Positions 18,621 through 26,005 of a stretch of 64,000 bases of DNA are shown here, piece by piece. This DNA comes from an uncultured Bacilli bacterium (lineage in GTDB: Bacteria > Bacillota_I > Bacilli_A > RF39 > UBA660), in NCBI GenBank assembly GCA_947629405.1, contig CANRDL010000002.1, positions 23,417 through 87,416 on the forward strand, written 5' to 3'. Under the pieces are notes generated by a model. The model made no database searches and was not told the DNA's origin. It saw only the letters and a program-made list of their open reading frames with translations. The translations under genes and the position numbers were made by a program. Within the stretch, counting starts at the first letter, position 1, and each line of letters starts with the position of its first letter.

Positions 18621-18765
18621 TAGTCGTTAGTGATGAAGGAATTTACAACTCTGGAGCTAAAACGTTAATCGCGTTATGATTAAAGTGTATGATTAATTTC
18701 ATGAATTTGGGTGGTACCGCGGAAAAATTCGTCCCATATTTATGGAATTTTTTGTTTTTTTAGGG
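18621..18765 (+). promoter_or_regulatory. T-box leader (tyrosine specifier)
   Basis: GA/K-turn-like agtgatgaagg. UAC at 18644-18646 in the expected specifier position. T-box sequence aatttgggtggtaccgcgg at 18704-18722. Terminator aaaaattc...gaattttt plus U-run ends near 18761. Confidence 0.8.
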
Positions 18766-18773
18766 GGATATTT

Positions 18774-19154
18774 ATGGAAATTGGCGATATTTTTATTAAG
18801 AAAAATATAACATTTAAAAATAGTAATCAAGTTGATGAATTATATAAAGCTGGAAGACCATGCTTATTAATTGCGGAAACTAATGAAAGCTATTATTTTT
18901 TAACAATCTCGCATAAAAAGCATTATTCTAGTAATTACAAATTAGAAAATCAGAGAAACAAAGGGGTTAATGGCTACATTAATCTAGAAAACATTTACAA
19001 AACAGATACATACTATTATAAAGTGGTTGATAGATTAGCTAGAAAAGAATATTTTAAAGTAATGAACAAATTATTTGCTTGTCAAAAATTATTAAATGAT
19101 GATTTATATGATGAGTTAGTTGAAAATGTGAAAAAAAAGAAAGGAAATTTCTAA
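18774..19154 (+). CDS. hypothetical protein co-transcribed with tyrS behind the T-box
   Basis: ATG at 18774 behind GGGGGA. The 126-aa protein starts MEIGDIFIKKN...AGRPCLLIAE, faintly reminiscent of a PemK/MazF-like N-terminus. The tyrS start follows 1 nt after its stop. Confidence 0.5.
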   Translation: MEIGDIFIKKNITFKNSNQVDELYKAGRPCLLIAETNESYYFLTISHKKHYSSNYKLENQRNKGVNGYINLENIYKTDTYYYKVVDRLARKEYFKVMNKLFACQKLLNDDLYDELVENVKKKKGNF

Positions 19155-19155
19155 A

Positions 19156-20385
19156 ATGAAATTATATGATGAATTAAAGTGGAGAGGATTAATTAAAGAT
19201 ATAACTTCACCGGAATTAGAAGAAAAATTAAATAAAGGTGGTCTAACATTTTATATAGGAACGGATCCTACCGCTGATTCTATGCATCTTGGACATCTTT
19301 CATCTTTTTTAATATCAAAAAGATTAAAAGATGCTGGTCATAAACCAATTCTTTTAATTGGGGGAGCGACTGGACTTATTGGTGATCCTCGTCCAACTAG
19401 TGAAAGAAATATAATTTCCAAAGAGGAAGTTTTAAAAAATGTTATTGGGCTAACTAATCAAGCTAAGAGGATATTTGGATTTGAAGTAGTAAATAATTAT
19501 GATTGGACTAAAGACATTTCCACAATAGATTTTTTAAGGGATTATGGTAAATATTTTAATATTAATTATATGTTAGATAAAGATATAATTAGAAGAAGAT
19601 TAGATACAGGAATAACATTTACAGAATTTTCTTATATGTTACTTCAATCTTTAGATTTTTTACATCTACATGAAACTAAAGGAGTTGATCTTCAAGTTGC
19701 TGGATCAGATCAGTGGGGAAATATTACGGCCGGAGTAGATTTAATCCGAAAAAAAACTGGAGATACTGTTTATGCATTTACTATGCCTCTTGTTACCGAT
19801 AAATATGGCAATAAATTTGGCAAAAGTGAAGGTAATGCCTTATGGCTAGATGAAGAAAAAACTAGCAGTTATGAATTATATCAATTTTTTATTAATTGCG
19901 ATGATGAAATGATAGAAAGTTATTTAAAAATTTTTACATTTTTAACAAAAGAAGAAATTGAAGATATAATGAAAAAACATAATGCTAAAAAAGAACTTCG
20001 AATAGCGCAAAAGGAATTGGCCAAAGCCGTAATAGTTTTCTTACATGGAGAAGAGTCTTATCAAAAAGCACTTCATTTATCTGAATGTTTATTTAGTGAT
20101 AAAATATATGAATTATCAAGTTCTGATATTTTATCAAGTTTTAAAGGTGTTCCCACAGTGGAAATTGCAAATGAGGGCGAAAATATTATAGATTTTTTAG
20201 TTAATAAAAAAATTAATACCAGTAAAAGAGAAGCAAGAGAATTTGTTTTAGCTGGGGCAATTTCCATAAATAATGAAAAGATTATCGACTTAGAATATAA
20301 AATTAGTAAAAATAAGGCAATAGATAATAAAGTGTTAGTAATAAATAAAGGAAAAAAGAAAAAATATTTAGCAATTTTTAAGTAA
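19156..20385 (+). CDS. tyrS: tyrosine--tRNA ligase
   Basis: HIGH-type motif (SMHLGHL), KMSKS-type motif (KFGKS) and a C-terminal S4-like domain. Tyr T-box upstream. Confidence 0.95.
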   Translation: MKLYDELKWRGLIKDITSPELEEKLNKGGLTFYIGTDPTADSMHLGHLSSFLISKRLKDAGHKPILLIGGATGLIGDPRPTSERNIISKEEVLKNVIGLTNQAKRIFGFEVVNNYDWTKDISTIDFLRDYGKYFNINYMLDKDIIRRRLDTGITFTEFSYMLLQSLDFLHLHETKGVDLQVAGSDQWGNITAGVDLIRKKTGDTVYAFTMPLVTDKYGNKFGKSEGNALWLDEEKTSSYELYQFFINCDDEMIESYLKIFTFLTKEEIEDIMKKHNAKKELRIAQKELAKAVIVFLHGEESYQKALHLSECLFSDKIYELSSSDILSSFKGVPTVEIANEGENIIDFLVNKKINTSKREAREFVLAGAISINNEKIIDLEYKISKNKAIDNKVLVINKGKKKKYLAIFK

Positions 20386-20390
20386 TTAAA

Positions 20391-20429
20391 AACCTGATTA
20401 ATTTTTATTTAATCAGGTTATTTTTTTTT
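20391..20429. terminator. bidirectional rho-independent terminator
   Basis: aacctgattaa-tttttat-ttaatcaggtt 11-bp stem flanked by A/T runs, between convergent genes. Confidence 0.75.
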
Positions 20430-20748
20430 ATAAAATTTCGTTAATATATTTTTTTAACTGCTTGGCATCTTTACCAAAAATAATTTTTAATTGATTGTCA
20501 ATTTCAACAATACCTTTAGCCCCTAATTTTTGAATACCATCTTTATCTACAATAGAAACATCTTTTAAAATTACTTTAAAACGAGACATGTTACATTCGG
20601 CATTTACGATATTGTCTTTTCCGCCCAAATAACTAATTAATTTATTAGCTTCAATATTGAAATCTTTTTTTGACAATTTTACAGCAATAAAAGCTATAAA
20701 AATTAAAACTGCAAAAATTATGATATATTGAATTACAATATTTGTCAT
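20428..20748 (-). CDS. membrane-anchored stand-alone PTS EIIB-like domain protein
   Basis: N-terminal TM, then LGGKDNIVNAECNMSRFKVILKD aligning with the glucose-family EIIB signature GGKENI...C.TRL...V.D. Start moved to the ATG at 20748 behind GGTGA. Confidence 0.5.
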   Translation of the reverse strand: MTNIVIQYIIIFAVLIFIAFIAVKLSKKDFNIEANKLISYLGGKDNIVNAECNMSRFKVILKDVSIVDKDGIQKLGAKGIVEIDNQLKIIFGKDAKQLKKYINEIL

Positions 20749-20853
20749 ATTATCACCATTTACATTATACACTAATTTAAAAAAAAATAAAACAATAATA
20801 TAGATTAATATTATTTATTGTGATATTATGATTATAATGAAAGGAGTATAAAA

Positions 20854-21327
20854 ATGGATAGTTATGATGCTTTAGGAACATTGTTTGCTGGTTTGTTTGC
20901 TGTAATGGTTGTGGTTTTAATTATTACTATTGTAATAGGTATTTTACAAATAATTGGAACTTGGAAAGTTTTATCTAAAGCTAATAGACCAGGATGGGCT
21001 GCTCTAATTCCTATTTACAACACTTATGAAATATGTAAAGCTGCTGGTGTTAGCCCATGGTGGATTTTAATAGTAATACTTTCACCAATTTTAAATTTTA
21101 TTCCCATAATTGGTCAAATTGCTGAAGCAGTTATTTTAATTTATTTCATGATTTTACTTAATGTTAGTTTAGCGCGCAGTTTTGGTAAAAGTGATGCCTT
21201 TGCTGTTGGACTTATTCTTTTAGCACCAATATTTTATTTAATTTTAGCTTTTGGTGATGCAAATTATGTTGGTGAAAAACCAATGAATGACATTATTTTC
21301 AATAGAAATAACAATGCACAAAACTAA
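20854..21327 (+). CDS. small polytopic membrane protein
   Basis: 157 aa with several TM helices and a PGWAALIPIYNTYE motif. RBS AAAGGAG upstream. Confidence 0.55.
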   Translation: MDSYDALGTLFAGLFAVMVVVLIITIVIGILQIIGTWKVLSKANRPGWAALIPIYNTYEICKAAGVSPWWILIVILSPILNFIPIIGQIAEAVILIYFMILLNVSLARSFGKSDAFAVGLILLAPIFYLILAFGDANYVGEKPMNDIIFNRNNNAQN

Positions 21328-21460
21328 ATAATTAAAATAAAAATTAAAAAATAGGAAGAATATTATTATTTTGATAATATTCTTTTTTTTATTAAAACAA
21401 TTCACAATTATACTTTAAATTCATAAATTATAAATGAGAATACATGAAAGGGGAAATATT

Positions 21461-21901
21461 ATGTGTAATAATGATAACAATAATGGCTCTCAAGGATGCA
21501 TTGCCGAAATTTTAAATGTAATTTTAATCTTACAACAAAATGCTTGCCCTGAAAATTGCTTAGACAGTTGTGATCGTCCTGCATTAGGAGGGGGACCAAA
21601 TTGTTTAGTATGTAATACAAGACCAGTAATGTTATATACTTGTTGTGGAAATGGAACACCTTGGAGTATGCCAATAACAAAAGAAGATGTAACATGTGGA
21701 ACAGAAGGAGTTACTTGTTCAAATGTATTTAGAGTTGAAAAAATAGACGGAAACTGTGCAACATTTAGAGTACTTGAAAATAATCCTGATACTACTTCTA
21801 CACTTCCATATATCTCTACTAATTCTTTTTTCACAATGGACTTAGACTGTTTATGTGTTATTAGATGTTTAAATGATACTTATGTAGATTGTGTTTGTTA
21901 A
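21461..21901 (+). CDS. CotY/CotZ (ExsY)-family Cys-rich spore coat/crust protein
   Basis: VFRVEKIDGNCATFRVLE and FTMDLDCLCVIRCLND parallel B. subtilis CotZ FFRVERVHGSCATLSLL and IEVDLDCFCAINCLNP (from memory). Many Cys. Start at the ATG at 21461 behind AAAGGGGA. Confidence 0.7.
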   Translation: MCNNDNNNGSQGCIAEILNVILILQQNACPENCLDSCDRPALGGGPNCLVCNTRPVMLYTCCGNGTPWSMPITKEDVTCGTEGVTCSNVFRVEKIDGNCATFRVLENNPDTTSTLPYISTNSFFTMDLDCLCVIRCLNDTYVDCVC

Positions 21902-21933
21902 TACTGAGTCAATATTAATTAATTATAAAAAAT

Positions 21934-21964
21934 AATCTTTCCAAAAAGGAAAGATTTTTTTTAT
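21934..21964. terminator. rho-independent terminator
   Basis: aatctttcc-aaaaa-ggaaagatt stem followed by T8. Confidence 0.75.
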
Positions 21965-21996
21965 TAAAATGCATAAAAAAAGTTAAAAAACTTTTT

Positions 21997-22293
21997 TTAA
22001 TAGATATCGATAATGTCTGATATATTTATTTTTTCATTATCCATCGTAAGTAAACATTCTGGGGTTCTTCCGACAAGAGTTTTAGAAAATTGATTATTAT
22101 TAGTTTTAATCGTTACTTCCTTCTTATAAATATAATCGGTAGAATTAAAAATTCTATTAATTTTAGATTCAATGCTTAAATTATCATTATTATCTTTGAT
22201 TTTTCGGTCTTCTTTTCCATAATAAACAGATTGAACATTATCTATTTTTTTATTGACCGGAACTGGAAATACATCAGGTAAATCTTTTTTCAT
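21997..22293 (-). CDS. hypothetical protein
   Basis: 98 aa with a strong RBS (AAGGAGG). No family recognised. Lies next to the spore-coat-like gene. Confidence 0.5.
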   Translation of the reverse strand: MKKDLPDVFPVPVNKKIDNVQSVYYGKEDRKIKDNNDNLSIESKINRIFNSTDYIYKKEVTIKTNNNQFSKTLVGRTPECLLTMDNEKINISDIIDIY

Positions 22294-22377
22294 ACATTAT
22301 CCTCCTTTATCACTATATTTTATGTCAAGGACCTAATTTTGTTGTATAAATTTTTTATTCTGCACAACACTATAAAT

Positions 22378-23487
22378 ATGAAAACACAAAGAATATTTAA
22401 AAATATATTTATTATTATTCCTATTTTTATAATAATGTTTTATAGCTTATTAAATATGAAAAATGCCGCTATTATAAAAGATATTTATAAACCTTTTTTT
22501 AATAGGCAGATATTATGGTTTATAATTGGTTTTAGTCTAATAATTATTTTACAGTTTATAAAACCAAAAATAATATTAAAGTATAGTTTATTTTATTATA
22601 TATTTGGCAATATTTTGCTTCTTTTATTAATGTTTTTTGGCGATGAAGTTAATGGCGCAAAAGCGTGGTTTAATTTGGGAATATTCAATTTTCAACCAAG
22701 TGAATTAATGAAATTATTTTTAATTTTATATTTAGCGAAAATTATTGGTGAATATAAAATTAAAAATAAAAAAGATGAATTTAAATTAATACTAAAAGTT
22801 TTATTTATTACAATTATTCCGTCTTTTTTAACTTTTTTAGAACCCGATACGGGCGCGGTAATTATTTATTTTGTTATTGCTTTTATGATGCTTTTTTTAT
22901 CTAAGATAAAGAAGCAATGGTTTTTATATTTATTTATAATTTTATTAATTTTAGGAGGAATTTTTTTCTATCTTTATTTTCGAGAAAAGGATATATTTAT
23001 CAAAATTTTTGGGACAAAGTTTTTTTATCGAATGGACAGATTAATTGATTTTAAAAAGCAGAGTAGTTTACAATTAGAAAATGCTTTAATATCTATTGGT
23101 TCATCCGGACTTTTTGGAAGTGGAATAAATAAAGTTACTTTATATTTTCCGGAAGCTCCCACAGATTTTATCTTTGCAATGAGTTTATCAAACTTTGGCC
23201 TTATTGGCGGTCTTACCCTTATTTTGTCTTATGCTATTGTTGATTTAAATATTTTGGTGGCTATAAAAAAAATTAAAAACTTTAGCTTCGGTCTTGTCAT
23301 TAGTGGTTTTATAGGAATGTTTATTTTTCAACAATTTCAAAACATTTTTATGAATATTGGTCTTTTGCCCATAATAGGTATTACTCTTCCCTTTTTGTCC
23401 TATGGTGGTAGCAGTACTATTATTTACTTTTTTTGTTTGGGGTTAGTTTTAAAAATAATAAATGATAATTATAAATTGTTTATGTAA
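22378..23487 (+). CDS. FtsW/RodA/SpoVE-family (SEDS) peptidoglycan polymerase
   Basis: PSELMKL, EPDTGA and LPIIGITLPFLSYGGSS motifs, with about 10 TM segments. Confidence 0.85.
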   Translation: MKTQRIFKNIFIIIPIFIIMFYSLLNMKNAAIIKDIYKPFFNRQILWFIIGFSLIIILQFIKPKIILKYSLFYYIFGNILLLLLMFFGDEVNGAKAWFNLGIFNFQPSELMKLFLILYLAKIIGEYKIKNKKDEFKLILKVLFITIIPSFLTFLEPDTGAVIIYFVIAFMMLFLSKIKKQWFLYLFIILLILGGIFFYLYFREKDIFIKIFGTKFFYRMDRLIDFKKQSSLQLENALISIGSSGLFGSGINKVTLYFPEAPTDFIFAMSLSNFGLIGGLTLILSYAIVDLNILVAIKKIKNFSFGLVISGFIGMFIFQQFQNIFMNIGLLPIIGITLPFLSYGGSSTIIYFFCLGLVLKIINDNYKLFM

Positions 23488-23543
23488 TCTTGACAATATT
23501 AAAAAAAATAAATATTATATAAAAAAATGATGTTGGAGAGTAT

Positions 23544-23975
23544 ATGAAAAATTTAGAAATTAAAGAATTAACTTTAGAATATGTAGAAAGCTATATAAAT
23601 CTTTTAAAAAATTGTTTTAATAATGTTGCCGACCATCCCATGATAGAAAAAATGCTTGCTGATAAAAATATAACAACTATTATTGCGGTAGACTCTAAAA
23701 AAGTTGTTGGAGCAATTACAATAGATAAAAGATTTAATTATTTAAAAAATATTAAATTTTATATTTTAGAAAATGTTTGTACTGATGATGCATATCGCGG
23801 TAAACATATTGCAACTAATATTTTAAAAGAAGTTGAAAAAAGAGCAATTGCCGATCAAATTTCCTATATTTCATTTACTTCTGGGAATAAGCGGACTATT
23901 GCTCATAAGTTCTATTTAAAAAATAATTATAAAATTAAAGACACATCAGTTTTTGTTAAATATTTTAATAAATAA
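23544..23975 (+). CDS. GNAT-family N-acetyltransferase
   Basis: ENVCTDDAYRGKHIATNILKEVEKRA is an acetyl-CoA binding motif A-like segment. Confidence 0.7.
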   Translation: MKNLEIKELTLEYVESYINLLKNCFNNVADHPMIEKMLADKNITTIIAVDSKKVVGAITIDKRFNYLKNIKFYILENVCTDDAYRGKHIATNILKEVEKRAIADQISYISFTSGNKRTIAHKFYLKNNYKIKDTSVFVKYFNK

Positions 23976-25756
23976 TATAAAGAAACAGTAGATAATAAGA
24001 ATGATAAAAATATTTTATTATTCTTTTTTTCTTGATCAACATTCGTATTTGGTGCTTTAACGATTTTATCATTATAGTAATTAAGTTCAAAAATATAATC
24101 ATTGTTGTTATTATCGATATCTTCTTCACTTACACTAAAATTAATACCAGTATCATTTAGATTATAGCCAAGAGGTGACTTAACCTCATAAATAGTATAA
24201 TTTCCTATTGATAGATTATCTATATTTAAAACCCCTGAATTATTTGTTTTAAAATAAATGGTATTATCAGTATTTAAAACATAGCTATTAGTATCATTAT
24301 TTTTAATAGTAAAAATTGCTGGATTATTTTTTATTAATTTTTGGGTATAACGATTTAATTTATACAATCTTAACTTAAATATTTTTTCATTATTAAATAA
24401 ATTATAAGTGATAACTTTTTTAGTTTTTTTATTAATATTAATATGAATATCTTTACTTTTTTGATAATTTTTTAGACCTTCTATTTGTTTAATTGTATAT
24501 TTTCCATAAGGTAAAATAATCTTTCCTAAACCATTGTTATCGGTTTTAATTTCGCCAACTTTTTTATTGTCGCTATTTAATACTTCAAATAAAGCGTTAC
24601 TTTCATTTTTATAATCTTTTCTAATTTTATTGCCATATTTTTTATGAATAACAATTTTTGCTTTTATGACTTTATCATATAAAGTTAAAGTTTTTGAGGG
24701 ATTATTTGAATCTAAAGTTACTTTATAAGTAGTTTTATCTTGTTCATATCCAGTTCCGGCTTTTTTTTCTTTGATATAATATGTTCCCGCTTCCAAATTA
24801 TCAAATTTTGCTTCACAATTACTGTCAATAACTACATCTTTTAGAAAGTGATACTCACTATCATAAATACTATATATACTTCCCTCTAAATGAGCTTCTC
24901 CTTGATTTTGACAAGTTTTATTATCATTATCAAATTTAAATAATTTAATATCGCCAGTAAATGATTTAAGATTAATGTTTGCTTCAACATTTATCATTGA
25001 GCCTTTGGCAATAACATCTTGGGAATTGGGACTTTTATAAATTATAGGATTATCTAAAGAATTATTATCTTGTTTGGTAAAATTTATTTTTTCTTCGCCA
25101 ACATCTAGGGCTTTAATACTTATCTGATTTTTATCAATTTTGGCCAGTTGAAAATTATTGCTTTTGTCAATATTATATTTTTCTAAAACATTATTTGCAT
25201 CAGTTAAAGTAATTGTATCTCCTTTTAAAATATTGAAAGATTGATTATTAAAAGAAGGCTTTATAAAGTGATTATTTACTAAATTTTCTAATTCAGCAAT
25301 TTCATCACTATATTTAGTAATTCTATTACCATTTAATTTATCGGTAAAATAAATATCACTTTCTTTATCTGCTTGCCTTTGTATTAATACTTGAGCAATT
25401 GTATACCATTTAGAACTACTATGATTAATATTATTATCAACATACTCATAACCATAATAAGCAAATAAAGCCATTTTTTGTTTATCAAAATCTGATAAAT
25501 TATTAATTCTTTCAAATTCATTGTAATCAACATTAGTGTCAAGTGTTTCCCAAGGTTCAATACAGTAGGCTACATTGGCACTATTGGAAACTCTTATAAA
25601 TCTCGATTGTTTATATTTTTTAATGCCATTTTTTTCTTTTTTAATATAATCACCGGGAATATAATCTCCTTCATAAAATGTAGTAGCGCTTACATTTTCA
25701 ATAAATGATATTAAAATTACTACAATAAAACTAAATAATAAAATAATTTTTTTCAT
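23927..25756 (-). CDS. surface adhesin with Cna-B/SpaA-type repeats and possible N-terminal thioester domain
   Basis: Signal peptide. VAYCIEPWE is a thioester-domain-like Cys motif. Three G.Y.I.E...G(Y/N) repeats (GTYYIKEKKAGTGYEQD, GKYTIKQIEGLKNYQ, GNYTIYEVKSPLGYNL). C-terminal APNTN plus hydrophobic segment plus basic tail is a non-canonical sorting signal. Confidence 0.6.
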   Translation of the reverse strand: MKKIILLFSFIVVILISFIENVSATTFYEGDYIPGDYIKKEKNGIKKYKQSRFIRVSNSANVAYCIEPWETLDTNVDYNEFERINNLSDFDKQKMALFAYYGYEYVDNNINHSSSKWYTIAQVLIQRQADKESDIYFTDKLNGNRITKYSDEIAELENLVNNHFIKPSFNNQSFNILKGDTITLTDANNVLEKYNIDKSNNFQLAKIDKNQISIKALDVGEEKINFTKQDNNSLDNPIIYKSPNSQDVIAKGSMINVEANINLKSFTGDIKLFKFDNDNKTCQNQGEAHLEGSIYSIYDSEYHFLKDVVIDSNCEAKFDNLEAGTYYIKEKKAGTGYEQDKTTYKVTLDSNNPSKTLTLYDKVIKAKIVIHKKYGNKIRKDYKNESNALFEVLNSDNKKVGEIKTDNNGLGKIILPYGKYTIKQIEGLKNYQKSKDIHININKKTKKVITYNLFNNEKIFKLRLYKLNRYTQKLIKNNPAIFTIKNNDTNSYVLNTDNTIYFKTNNSGVLNIDNLSIGNYTIYEVKSPLGYNLNDTGINFSVSEEDIDNNNNDYIFELNYYNDKIVKAPNTNVDQEKKNNKIFLSFLLSTVSLYYLLKYLTKTDVSLIL

Positions 25757-25948
25757 ATACTTTTTCCTTTCTTGACATTTAATATAATTTTTTTAAAAAA
25801 TTAAATCAAAATGTAATAATTGAAAAAAGTATTAAAAAAATGTTTAATAATTATATTTTTAATATTAATTTTAATTATTATAGAGAATAAAAAAAGAAAA
25901 AAATTAAAAAATATAAAATATTTCGTTTTATTTTTTCGAGAAATAATA

Positions 25949-25977
25949 TTGTATTTTTATCCTTATTTTAGTATAAT
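25949..25977 (+). promoter_or_regulatory. sigma-A-type promoter of the coupling-protein gene
   Basis: TTGTAT (25949-25954), 17 nt, TATAAT (25972-25977). Confidence 0.5.
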
Positions 25978-26005
25978 TTATTAAAGGAAGTGCTGGAGGG
26001 ATACT

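Noticed and set aside
21459-21834. Two minus-strand ORFs overlapping the CotY/Z-like gene
   Set aside because: They lie antisense to a CDS with clear family similarity and a strong RBS, and have no recognisable features.
25757-26005. AT-rich 249-bp divergent spacer as an oriT
   Set aside because: Only A/T runs and a promoter-like element are visible. There is no convincing GC-containing inverted repeat or nic-like motif, and no relaxase to act on it.
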